The position numbers and the translations under genes were made by a program. 64,000 nucleotides of DNA from Octopus vulgaris (Eukaryota), in the NCBI GenBank assembly GCA_951406725.2, contig OX597823.1, positions 110,112,001 through 110,176,000 of the forward strand. The letters are read 5' to 3'. Below are positions 40,950 through 54,971 of the stretch, piece after piece. Numbering within the stretch: position 1 is the first letter of the stretch; each line of letters begins with the position of its first letter. The notes under the pieces are model-generated. The model saw only the letters and a program-made list of their open reading frames with translations. It searched no databases and was not told where the DNA came from.

Positions 40950-43174
40950 ATACTAGTTATTTCATGTCTGGAAAAAAAAAGATGTTTACAAAATCAGCTG
41001 GAATTTTATCGTGTACCCTACTATTTTATGATGCCTCACCTAAAGTATACTTCGAGAAGAACTATCTACCACATGAGTCCTAAGCTCACTTCACCCACCC
41101 GCAGTGTGTAACACTAATTGTACATATAAGACAACTCGACAAAGTTATATGTACTACATATCACCCACCAGATGCCCCAAATCACACAGGACTCATCGCA
41201 GACTGCCTTGCAAAAATAGAAGATGTATTACAGAAAATAGAAGAGCTCATCAGTGTACTTCAACCTGCCCAATTAGAAACGGCCCGAAGGCCTTCTCTTC
41301 TCAGGTATGATGCAATATGACTAAAGTCAGATGGAATCCCTGCTCGACCCCACCAATGATGTATATATGGGCAAGCAATATACCTTATCTCTACCTCTTA
41401 AATAATGTGGATCTCATCCATAATGTCAAAATGATACCGATGCTAATCTCGGATCACATTATGGAGCTGACCATGTATAGACTAAAGGAACCCACAGACA
41501 TGCAGCCTATGAAAAGCACCCGAAACCTATCCGATTTGAACTATCACAAAAAGGACAGGAAATCAATTGAGAAAGAGATGACCACACCGGACTGGTACCA
41601 ATGTTTCTCTACACCTAACATAGACATGATTTTGAAAAGTTTCATGTCCGCAAATAAAGCTATATGCTACAATTATGTCCTAGAGAGAAGGGCCATTGCA
41701 CATATATAAAAGATACCCAGGGAGAGGAAATTCTTATGAGACGGCGTACAAATATTACAAACCGTCTCAACAGAGAACTCAACGGCAGTGAGAAATCCTG
41801 CCAAGAAACAATACTTCTGGAGATTGATAAACAACTGAAGCACTCCCATGGGAAAGAAAAAGCAGGCAGAGAAGCCTGCGTCATAAGAAATATAAAATCA
41901 GAGCTTAAATCCTTCTTTAGGTAAAGCAAAGAGACTCTCTCTGCGTTGCAGGGTAGGGCCACTCTTCCAAAACAATGGCTCCCTCACGAGAAACCCAATG
42001 ACGATAAGTGAAACTCTGAATGAACAGTTCAAAGATGTCTGCACCCCACCCCTACGGCTCATGCAAGTTAGCAAACCAGTAGGATTATTTTCCGCTATAG
42101 AAGCTGAACGGGAGGCAGTAAGACTTGATTACATCAACATCGAACAAAAGGATGTAATGCTAGCAATAGATGATATAGATACAAACTCAGCTGCTGGCCC
42201 TAATGGGTTCCCAGCAATACTCGTAAAGTTATGCAAACGAGTCATTGCAAAACCATTGCAGCTACTCTTTCAGAGCTTCCTCGCAAATGCACACCTCCCG
42301 AACAAACTAAAGGAAGGAATGATATGCCCCGTCCAGAGAAGATACTAAAAACTATAGGCCTACCTCCCTGATCTCGCATATCAGCAAAGTCATGGAACGA
42401 ATAGGCCGAAGGAAATTAATTCTATTCCTTGAAGAGAATGACTCGCTGACTGACACCCAGCATGGTTTTCGACTGGGTAGAAGCTACCTGACCCACTCTT
42501 GCAGCATTACCACTGGGTGCTAAAGCAGCTGCTCAACAACTCAAATGTGGACGGGATATACCTAGACTTTGTAAAAGCTTTTCACAAAATCGACCATGGT
42601 ATGATGTGTCACAAGCTCCGAAATCTTGGCATGTTTGTAAAACTTAGAGAACGCCTACATGATTTTCTAAAAAATACAAGTCAGGTTTTGGTGGTCAATG
42701 CGGCCACCTCAACGAAAACAAATAAGGAGTGGTGTTCCACAGGGTACTGTTCTGGGGCCACTGATATTCATTGTGGCGTTCTCTGACCTTCCATCAGCTG
42801 CTCAGCTGTGCAGACGATACAAAAGTCTCTTAGAAGATACAGAACCCTAGAGAGGTTGTGCATCTACAACGTGAGTTGGATGCAATATACAAGTGGACTG
42901 AGAAAAATGACAGGCATTTAATGCTGGAACATTCCAAGCCCTGCGCTACCAACACATCGTAAAGATGCAGGCATTATCAAAACGAAACTAGACTTCTTTC
43001 TGTCAAGAGTTCCGGATGAACCTACCTCTAGACATGAAACACAGATGAGGGCAGCAATATCAAACTCCCTCACCCACCAAACAACTCATATCAGGTGAGG
43101 TTTAGCGAAGTTGAAGCAAAGCAAACGGTTGTGCCCGAGCATGACCGCAGTCCTTAGACTGAAACTTTAAATAA

Positions 43175-43176
<2 letters not shown>
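40950..43176 (+). mobile_element. CR1/L2-group (APE-type) LINE, decayed, with internal deletions
   Basis: 'SAAGPNGFPAILVKLCKRVIAKPLQLLFQSFL', 'NYRPTSLISHISKVMERI', 'QHGFR', 'VDGIYLDFVKAFHKIDH', 'GVPQGTVLGPLIF', 'ADDTK'. Upstream endonuclease remnants include 'SDH'. The 3' tail ends gactgaaactttaaataaat before (TA)n. Confidence 0.88.
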
Positions 43177-43256
<80 letters not shown>

Positions 43257-46200
43257 CAACATTCAAAAGTATGAAATGTCAAACAAGTATCAGTTATATT
43301 TAAAACAAATTAAAAACTAAAATGCTTTGAAAAAATCTAAAGAATTCTTCCCATTTTTTATTAAATAAGAAACTACCGGTTTTATCGTTTAAAAAAACCC
43401 CATCTAGTGATACTAAAATGTAAAGGAAAATAAATTCAAATAAATTAAATTGAATTAAATTTTAATAACATCAGTTCAGGAGGTTCATAATTTCTTCCTC
43501 CTAAAATGATATTGGTCTGTATTTCGTTCACCTTGTTAGGCAGTTATTGGTTGTCATTATATCTAACTGTTAGACTAACAACAATTTCCTTCATATGTCT
43601 TACCTTCAGCTTGGAAAACACTTTCAAGGACGAACGCATCTGTGGCTTAGATAATCTGCTTAAAGGAATAAGGAATGAGCGAAAAGAAATACTTCAGAAT
43701 AGACAGTGTCATGTATTTGAACAACATGCTTTTGGATATGAGTATAATAAATAGTATAGAATATATTCTCTCTCTCTTTCTCTCTCTCCCTCCACACACA
43801 CAGACACACATATATATATGTATACACACACATACATACACACACACAAACACACATACATATACGCACATACACACATAAATATGGTAAATGAGACGGA
43901 GAAACGGTGTAAAATGTGAGATGAAGATAGAGAGGGAGAAGAAGAATATGGCCAACATTTTCTTTTACTATCCTGTCAAGAAATCATAGAAACGACCGAA
44001 CAATACTATCCTCCTCCAAACCATCCAAAGTAAAGTTAGATGATCTACCTGTCACGAAATAGAAAACAACAACAATATCTATTACAAAGAATAAAACAAA
44101 GAAACCGTACGCAAAAATTACCCGAAATTTCTTGCAACTAAAAGCAAAATAAAGAAAAAAATCTACATACGCGCGCGCACGCACATAATGAAGAACGAAG
44201 AGAAATGTTTGATTGACATTAAAGTTCAAAGATAGAAAATGATACTAGTTAGTCAAAGATTGTATGTTGTACGGTAAGATAATGTCTAGACCGAGAATCA
44301 AAACTTAATCTCATCTTTAAAACTAGCAGGCAAGATTCGTGAACTTTCGATAAAAGGTCTAGCAAGAGATTTGGAAATTGAGATAGTTGGCTATTTAGAA
44401 ATGAAAAAAAAATACATACATAGGCATACACATATATATAGACGCGCAAACAATTATATACATATGTGCATACATACACGTATTATATAGGCTTAGATGC
44501 AGATATTAAAGGAACAAACAGATGAAGATATATACAAATACATACGCATGTTTTATCATACACATCCGCATATTATCAGTGTCAGAGTCTATAAGATTTC
44601 ATTCGAGAATAATCTATTTTAAAGCAACATCTCTCTCTATTTACAGCAACGCCAATGCATCACGCACACTGCCACATACATGCATGCTTATTTACGTACA
44701 TACAGTTATACATGCATGATTGCATGCGAGTATGTGTTTGTATGCATTTTATAGCGATTGTCGAATATATATTAAATCGATATCAAATATATCTTAAAAT
44801 TGCTACCGCATTTCTTCGCTTTCGCGCGATTCTCGAAGACTTCGGTGGGAAAGAGAACACAGCTAAGTTCATTTAATGCTTGTGATAGTTAAGGTAACGG
44901 TAATTTTTTCAAGAAGTGAAGATACTGGAAGTGTTTTGTTTTCATACCCCGCTGAAATAAAGCTAAGCGTTATAATAAGCAAATAATACGTTCAAAATTT
45001 ATGAGGCCAGTTGCAAGTAATCATAATTTTAAAGAGGACAGCTTCACTTCCCTTCTTTATTTTACATGAAATAACTGAAGTATTTCACAGCCTCTTCACC
45101 GTAAATACGATCATTTGTACATGTGGTTCATAAAACGTTATTTGTATTATAGTTTTAAGTACAACTTATAATTATTCGTCTGTCTAGGATTATATTTCTG
45201 TTGGGTTATTAAAGCAATGTCTAGTTTTATTTCTTCCTACAAAACTGATAAAAGAGAAAATATTCTATAAATATTGCATGCGTGCTTAGAAATTCGCCCA
45301 TTTTTTTTATTATCATTGAAACAAATATGAACGATTAGAACTAATATCTAGAGATTTTAATAGATATTTATCAATTATTCTTATAGACTGCGTTTCCTTG
45401 TAGTGTATTTAATGTATAACTACAAATATGTAAAATTAAACAAAAATTCGAACGATATCAATTTGAAGCAAAATTTAGTTTTGCGATTTATGATAAAAGA
45501 TACAGTATTGTATGCATTACATGATTCATAGAGAAAATTTTTAACAGCTGCGTTAACATGAAGTTGATCATTTTAAAATTAGACATTCACAGCTACCTGT
45601 GCATGAAAAATTGTAAGCACACATTTTACCTGTTTGATTTTCGTTCACTTTCGTTCCAGCGTTTAATAGAAAATCGACTCCTTTTCTATCTCTTCCTCCC
45701 AAAGTGACGATCATCGAAACAGGCTAAATAATGAGGCGTATGAGAAAATCTACTCTTTTCCACTGAAAATTATAAGCACGGCAAGTATTAGAACTGAAAC
45801 CTAATCTAAATTTAGTAATAATTAATTAATTATGTACATGACTTGGCTAGCATATTTCTCAGAGTAGTTAAATATATATATTGGCGCAGGAGTGGTTGTG
45901 TGTTACGAAGCTTGCTCCCCAACCGTGTGTAGAGCGAAGTCATATAGAATAGGTAATAAAATGTGTTTATAATGCACAACAGATTTTATGAAAATACTCT
46001 AGTCGAGAGAGGTATTACTGTACAGCATTGAAGAGATGGGAACAAAATGCCGACATAAGAATAACTTTACATATAATTAAAGGAAAAATATATGAAATTA
46101 TAAACCCCCACCAGTATGTCATTTCTTAAACAATTATGAAGAAGTTAATTAAAAATAGTTATAATATAATTTTATAGTAGTATTAGATACAGATATACTA

Positions 46201-46832
46201 GGAACCGAGAGTTTATCGGTATTGTAATTTAGGTGTTTAATTTTTTAATTTTTAAAAATATTTTTTTAAATTTTATATGCTTATTATATTCTATTCATAT
46301 TCGTATTTTTCTATTTAATATGTATTCTTAACATTGATCCGTTAATAATAATAACAATACGATAAATAGCCTGAGGACGCACTGGTGGATTTATGTAATA
46401 GGTATAGCCTTGATAACCACTTCAGCGCAGAGAACAGGATAAATGATTTCCTTGATGGTGATAGTTTCAATTCATCTTCAAGACATTTCGGCTCTAAAGC
46501 CTTTTTCTGCAGGTACTTGTTAACTCTGCAACGCCAAATTTTGTCGATTTGCAAAAGACGTTGCTGTTCGTTACACTTGAAGTGTTCTTTGAACAATGAT
46601 ATCTCAGTTTACCTGGAGAGAAACAAAGCAAATATTAATAAGTAAAGTTAAACTTAATGCATCCAAGACTTTACTACTCAAGAATTATTCCTTCAAAATT
46701 AGCCTATGAAATTTTCAACCTGCCCTCGTACCGGATTAAATATCTACCTGATTCGACACCGTAACATGGTAAAAAACAACCATACGTACACATACACACA
46801 TACAAACATACATACATACATACATACATACA

Positions 46833-46863
<31 letters not shown>

Positions 46864-46899
46864 TTATACGTATTCTTATATATACACATGTGTTTCATA

Positions 46900-47240
46900 G
46901 ATGCTGGCGTAGCTGTATTTGCTTCCAAAATTACATGGTACCGAGCGCAAGTATCCTCTATGTTAACTCCGGTTTAACTATAGCGCTGGGAATGGATTTG
47001 GTAGGCGGAAAGTGAAAGAAGTCAGTCGGATATGTGTGTGTGTTTGTGTGATAGATAGAGATAGAGATTGTATTTATCCCCCCATCACCAGCTTGACTGC
47101 CGGTGTTAGTTTGCTGACGTCTCTGTAACTAAACGGTTCGGCAAAAGGTTTCGATAGACTAAGTACCATGCTTGAAATCATTTAAGTAGTTGAGTTGATA
47201 CGTTCCACTAAACCTGTACCCCAGTTAAGACGCAAATATA
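46900..47240 (+). mobile_element. SINE family C, degenerate
   Basis: ggatttggtaggcggaaagtgaaagaag...cggttcggcaaaagg...aagtacc matches 28210-28390. Confidence 0.7.
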
Positions 47241-47574
47241 TGATAAAAGATATGCCTATATGTATATGTGTATGTGTGCTTGTGTGTGTGAATGAAAGAA
47301 AGGGAGAATGAAGGTACATGCTTATCTAAATCTCCAGTAAGTGATATAACTTATTCAATAAGTATTTTATATGAGCGCCAAGGTATGTAACTTTGTGCGT
47401 ATTTAAATTCCTGAATAAATTCACATGAGATCAATTTCTAAGCCCGTATAGAGGCAACTATTCAACAAATTTATCTTCAAAATTATAGCTAAAAATATTG
47501 GTTCTTTACATATCAACATGAATTCGGTCTACGATTCAGGCACACTCACATACATACATACACACACACATATA

Positions 47575-47615
<41 letters not shown>

Positions 47616-47839
47616 ATACACGATCAAATTTCGGAACGACGACCTGTCATGCCAGGATTATTGGCATTTTATAAAGATTACGTTCAAAAATATAAAACAA
47701 AAGTAAATTGCAAACCTGTATGAAATTTTCATATTTATCTAATATACTTTTCTAAAATTACATTATTTCATAAACACGAACATCCACATTCTAAAATATA
47801 TGTATTTCATAAATACATATGTATAGATATATGCATATA

Positions 47840-47886
<47 letters not shown>

Positions 47887-48465
47887 CTACACACATATAT
47901 ATGTGTGTCTATGACGCTCATGCATACGCACACAGGCACATATGTATAACTGAGTCTAAAATATGTCCATGTGTCTGTACGTTGTACATTGAAAACAGTT
48001 TCAGAAAATATAGAAATATGGAATAAATTCTTATATTTTTATTAATAAAATTTCTATTAAATTTTCTGTATTATTTTTGGTTGTGCTCATTTTTATCTTA
48101 ATATTACTTAAATTCTTATTGTTTTCCGCTACTAATAATCTTCCACTACATCATGAGCATCAACTTTCAACTGAAGATAAACATTTTTGTCAAATATCTA
48201 GAAATGCTGAAATGTAATTCGTCATCACTCTGAATAATCATCAACATATTCATTATATTAATCACCATAATCATAACCAATAGTGTGTTTTTTTCCATTA
48301 ATCGGATGCCATTTTAATACGTTTCGTTTCATTGTTTTAATTTTTGTAGTATTTTCTGAAAATTATTTTCTTTAGATTTATTCAACTAGACAGAAATAAA
48401 ATAAATTTTTAGTTATTGATATGGATATTTATAATAGCATCCAGAATATGTAGCAACAATCGATG

Positions 48466-48534
<69 letters not shown>

Positions 48535-48706
48535 TTGTGTGTGCACGTATTAGTTAGTGTGTTTATGTACATATGTAAATGTATGTATATACATATATAT
48601 ATGTATATCTATGAATGTATATGTATCTATCTATCTCACTTTCTTTCTCTCTCTCTCTCTTTTTCTCTCTCTGTCTCTCTCTCTCTCTGTCTCTGTCTCT
48701 CTCTCT

Positions 48707-48768
<62 letters not shown>

Positions 48769-49031
48769 TGAGAGAGAGATAGAGACAGAGATGAAGAGAT
48801 AGATAGACTGATAGATATATAAATATATAGATAGAAAGCTACATACATTTATACATACATACATACATACTTATATATCGAAAATCAACATTTTATTGAT
48901 GATGTCATGACAACACTCCCGTATTGACAGTCATAAATTATATTTTCTATAGTTAGAAACCTTCAGGTTCAATAAAATGAAGAAACACAACTTCATATGT
49001 ACATTTTACACGTTGACACACACACACACTT

Positions 49032-49087
<56 letters not shown>

Positions 49088-49112
49088 GTATGCATGTATG
49101 TATGTGTGTAGG

Positions 49113-49160
<48 letters not shown>

Positions 49161-49844
49161 CACACACACATGTATATATCCAAAGACTCATATAAAAACA
49201 TAGACCCAAGATATATTACGACAAAAAAACAGTCAATGAATTATAACATTCAACACAAGGACATTTTTCGCGACAATTCCCCACACAAGCCCATTTTTTC
49301 TTTTTTTTTTGTTGTTATTATTGAAATTATCGAATTGAATTTCTATGAATTAAATAAATCTTTCGGAAACAGATGACATTTCTTCAAGAAAATACATAAC
49401 AGGAAATGTCTACGTTAATCCAATGTCTTTGATATGATTTTAAATGACATGTGTATAGAGAATTAAGAATATCAGTTATTGTAAATGAAAGTTTTGAAAT
49501 AAAATTGCATTATGTTATTTTACATATTTGTGCACGCGCGTGTGTGTAAGTGTATGTGAATGTGTATTTGTGTGCATGCATGTGTACGTAAGTGTGTGTG
49601 TATTTGTGTGCTTCTATGTGTGTATCAACACACTAACGCATGCATACACACACATATATATATAAATATGTGTATACGTCTCTGTCTGTCTATTTCTACC
49701 TTTATTTCTCCCCCTATCTAATATTCTCTTGCTCCAGTCTTATAACATCATTCAGTTTACCTCTAGGATGACTCAAGGAAATGTTAAGTCATAGCCAATA
49801 TGTCTCTGGAACTTTAAGGCTGAGAGCCACCCGAATTATTACGG

Positions 49845-50300
49845 GCAATTCGTCCGTCTTTATGTTATCAGTTCAAATTCCGCCGAGGCTGCTTTTGCCT
49901 TTCATCCTTTCTAAGTAGATAAAATAAGTACCAGTTGAGTACACGGCTCGATTTAATCGACTTACACCGTTCCCCTACATTGCTAGCCTTCTGCCAACAA
50001 TTTTAAACCAATATTTCAATGATACTTTTTTGGCGGTGAGCTACTAGAATCGTCAACACACCAGGCAAAATGATTTGAGTCATTTCATGTGTCTTTACGT
50101 TATGGGTTTAAATTGTGCAGAGATCGATTTTGCCTTTCATTCATCCAGGATCGACAAAATAAGCGGTAGATAAGCTTAATCCCTCCCCACAAATTGCTGA
50201 CCGTCTGTCAATTTTTGAAACTAATATTCAACTGGTACTTTAATTTATCGACCTCAAAAGGTCGAATGATAAAGTTAACATCTGTGTGATTTAAACTTCG
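49845..50300. mobile_element. Cluster of three degenerate SINE family A fragments (two +, one -)
   Basis: 49845-50010 (+), 50032-50200 (+) and 50232-50300 (-). Confidence 0.7.
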
Positions 50301-51076
50301 TAGGTTAAAACCCATGTCTATCATTTGGTACCTGCTCTCACATATTATGCAGACATTGTCACGGGAAATTAATTCCTTAAAAATTTTAAAAACCAAACAT
50401 CTCTTTAACATTTAGCATTTTCTTTACAGAAAACTTTCGTTAAATCATAGACAATAAGTCACTGGAAATTTAAGGCTGAGAGCTACCCGAATCGATTCGT
50501 TTGAATCATTTTTATTTATTTCTTCTTGATTATCATCCATATGATATGCATGTTTCTGTTTCATATTTAAAATGCCTTCATTATCGACATCCATATTTCG
50601 CAAGTGAAGCAATTCTTTGATTTTGATCTTCCAATGATCTGTTCCCGAAGTGCCCAGAAGTGAATACAGTCAATTCATTTCAGCTACTGCTTTAATCAAG
50701 TTATTTATTGCAATTATTATCTCTTCATTAACTTAAAGTTTTTAGGCATACGTGTCCAAAACTGTTTTCTTTTATTTTTTTGTCAAATTTAAAGATTCTA
50801 TAGTTACATTCTCCATCGACATTATCCACCTGCTGAGAAATCTTACAGCCACACAAGAATACAGGATTGTATATTTCTCCACAGACATCAAGCTACAGAC
50901 GGACGACAAGCCAATATTTGAATTTTTGCAAGAATTCATGTCTCTTCTTTGTGAGCGATACTAGTAGAATAAACCATTGCTTGCAAATTTTATACGCAGA
51001 ATTTGGAATTTGATAGGAAAAGTACAAAATCCAAGAAAAAGTCGGTGATCGCATGCCCACGTGTTTCATTCTTTCT

Positions 51077-51148
<72 letters not shown>

Positions 51149-51398
51149 ATATCTATCTATCTATCTATCTACCTATCTATGTATCTATCTCTCTATTTCT
51201 CATTTTCTCTCTCTTTCTCACTCTCTCTAACTCTCTGTATACATACATATATATGCATATATGTATATGCATACATATATAGACATACGTATGCATTATG
51301 CTTTTGCGTATGTATGTATTTATATACTACTTCAGAGATGATAATTTTTACAATATATATATGTATACATTCATACACACACACACACAAACACACAC

Positions 51399-51488
<90 letters not shown>

Positions 51489-52389
51489 TTTATATACACA
51501 TATATATGTGTGTGTGCGTGTTTGCCTGCGTGTGTCTGTAAGTATGTATGTACGTATGTATGTATATATGTATACATATATATTGTACTGTATTGGATCA
51601 TATAATTTATAATATAATGCTTCTTCTGCTCTATTCTCATTGATTCTCCTTCGAAAAGTTCTTCTTGCATTAAATTGTTGTTCAGAGAAGTATAAGGACA
51701 AGAGAAACAAAGTCAATCGTATATTTGCGTACACACATATATGTATATACACCTCTCTCTCTCTCTCACTGTATATGTGTGTGTGTGCGTATGTGTCTGC
51801 GTATATGTATACATGTATATATATATGCGTGTGTCTGTGTGTGTCTATATAAGTATATTTATGCATATGTATATATGCAGATATACATATATACGCATGC
51901 CTATGCATACACACACACACACACAAAGGAATATATGCGTATTTATAAATACTTAGAAAATAAACAAGAAATAACGATATAAACCTTTATAATATATTCG
52001 AGAAATGCTCTTTGTAGATAAACGATCCGATTATTGTGTGGAAGTCGTGGATTCGTTTGTCTGTTTTGTTATAAATGTTCCTTTCTTGTTAACAACAACA
52101 TAATAATATTCACCAAATCTCAACAAGAAAGTGCCGTTACAGCTGCCAGCAAATGGCCAACTATTTAGTTAGATGGCGTTGCTTGGTGATTAGGATGTTG
52201 ATAGCAGGACCAGCAGATTTTAGATTCTTCTTTGTTTGTGTTTTTTTTTTTTGGCTTTCTATTTATTAATTATTCCCATTACCGTAAAATAAAAGAAGCG
52301 GGGAAAAGAACTAATCAGTTTTAAAAGAATAAATTTCAATACCAACCACATCAACATTCTCAGCCAAAACACGATCGTCAACGCTAACA

Positions 52390-52543
52390 CCCATCATCAT
52401 CAGCATGACTACCGCCAACGCCATCATCACCAGCATCACAAACGCCAATCCCATCCTTACCAGCATCACCACTGCCAACCCCATCATCATCATCATCATC
52501 ATCATCATCGTCATCAACATCATCATCATCATCATCGTCATCG

Positions 52544-52588
<45 letters not shown>

Positions 52589-52890
52589 CCATCATCATCA
52601 TCACCATCACCATCACCACCATCATCATCATCATCATCACCTTCTTTATCATCATTATTAAACCATCAGCACAACCACAATCATCATCATTATCATCATC
52701 ATCAAGGTGGGTGTTGAGGTCATCGTCATCATAACCATAAATATCATCCCCAACGTAGTCATTGTCGTAGTCATCAGCATCCTCCCCCACCACCTCCTCA
52801 TCATAATCATTCATCTTCCGCTTCTCTTCTTTCTTCGTATTATCATCAATTCCATCGACGTCACCTTCATCATCATTATCACCATTACAC
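52390..52890. repeat. (CAT)n microsatellite and degenerate flanks
   Basis: Read directly. Confidence 0.9.
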
Positions 52891-53276
52891 TCATCTACAA
52901 ATAGCAGCAATCATCTCCCATCCCACCCAGATTCTGTCCCCCGTATGAAATGTATCTATTTTTATAGAATATTTACCATTTCTTCATAAATTCTATTGCA
53001 GTTCCTTACAATTCCTTCATCTCCATTGCAACTCCACTGCGCTTCTTCTTTCATCAGTTTTGATAATTATTTCTCGGTATTTTCCTATATATCTTTTTTG
53101 TGGGACATTTCTTTCTTATTTCTAGTGCTCTATTTATACACATATGCACACGCACACATATACACAGTGTGTCTGTATATGCTCACACATATACAAACAC
53201 AGTCGGCACTCACACACACATATGTATACATAACGTGTATTAGATATATCATATATTTTGTGTATATGTATGCATG

Positions 53277-53310
<34 letters not shown>

Positions 53311-53650
53311 GTACGTATGATGCATATGTATAAATGAGAATATGAAAATGTATGTGTAGGTTTGTGTGTCTATTCTGATTTTTGTGTGAATGTGTGCCTG
53401 CCAACTTTTTATATTTTACTCGTTTATTTTATGTTGTTGACATCTTTGAAGTAATGGTCATTTGTTAAATATTCCAGTAATAAAAGAGACAAAAAATCTT
53501 GAAATGTTTAGTTCAATCAGACATCAACGAGCATAGATTTCACAAAAGCAAAAGACACACAACAAGAGGAAACAAGAACACATATTTCTATATTATTTAC
53601 TTTATATAACACACATTCGAAACACATATATGACACACACACACACATAC

Positions 53651-53762
<112 letters not shown>

Positions 53763-54864
53763 GTCTATATCTATCTATGTATATATGTGTGTGTGTGTAT
53801 CTATATATGTATATACATACCTATACATATGCAATAATATGTAATTGTGTATATAGATACAAGTGTGTATATAATAACGTGTGTGCGTTTATATAATTTT
53901 ATATCGATGTTTTCGGCAATATATGTGTGTGTGTTTGTGTGTGTGTATAAATAAGTATATGGAAAATTGAGGATATATTTACGTGCATATTGATAGAAAA
54001 TAGAAGGAAAGATTCAGATATTTGTAAATACTGATATGAATGCGAATAAATATACTAATATACATGATATATACACGCTCGCGCGCATTTATAAATACAC
54101 ACAGCTTTGCTTCACATATGCCTCACACATCTTTTGTTCATGTGGTAGCTTCATCACTATACATTTATTTTCACAGAAGCTGTTATTTAAACAAAGTCGG
54201 GCCTGTTGGAATACGATAACAAGTCATACCAATGAAAGAAAGTCCACCTTCCACCTTTCTTAAGCGTTTTATTTATTCGTATTCAAAGTTGTCTCTAATG
54301 ATATTATCTCTGCGATTTTAACTGCAGATGTGATTAGGTCAACTGAGATACAAATTGAGGAATTCTTCGGAACACTGAAATAAACCAATTCTTATTCGAG
54401 TATTGTCTACAAAGTTTCATATATGTTTATATGTTTTTTTATTGAAGCATTTGTTGACAACAGCAAGCGCCCTCCTTTTGACAGTCGTCATACATTTTCC
54501 ACTAAGTTCCCGCCACCTTATTAGATTGTCCAAACCGTTTACTAGTGTTCCAAACTATAATGTCAAATTGTACTCTGGATTAATTTCAGATTGACAAGTC
54601 ACGTGAGCTTTGGAAGAGTTCGGCTAAATTGGACATAATTAAAATATAAATAAAATGTGTCATAATTAAAATACTTTTCTAAATATTTGTCCATTTTTAT
54701 GGTTTAAATGGTCGGAAATGTCAGGCAGTAGCTGTCAGACATGTAATACACACCGAGGCTCGTGAACACCCACCCACACATATACACATGAACATGTAAC
54801 TTATATATGATATATATGCATGCGTAACACACGACTATTGTCACAGTAATATGTGTGTTTGTAT

Positions 54865-54895
<31 letters not shown>

Positions 54896-54971
54896 GGATG
54901 AAAGAGAGGGAGAGATAGAAATAGAGAGAAAGACAGAATGAAAAGAGGCAGCAAAATTTCTTTGGAACTGC

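Noticed and set aside
43370-43412. Minus-strand motif resembling a hammerhead (ctagatgggg...aaaaccggtag)
   Set aside because: The core CUGANGA and GAAA sequences are not intact.
50500-51055. Possible mariner transposase remnant on the minus strand
   Set aside because: Only vague motif resemblance; I found no TIRs or catalytic motif.
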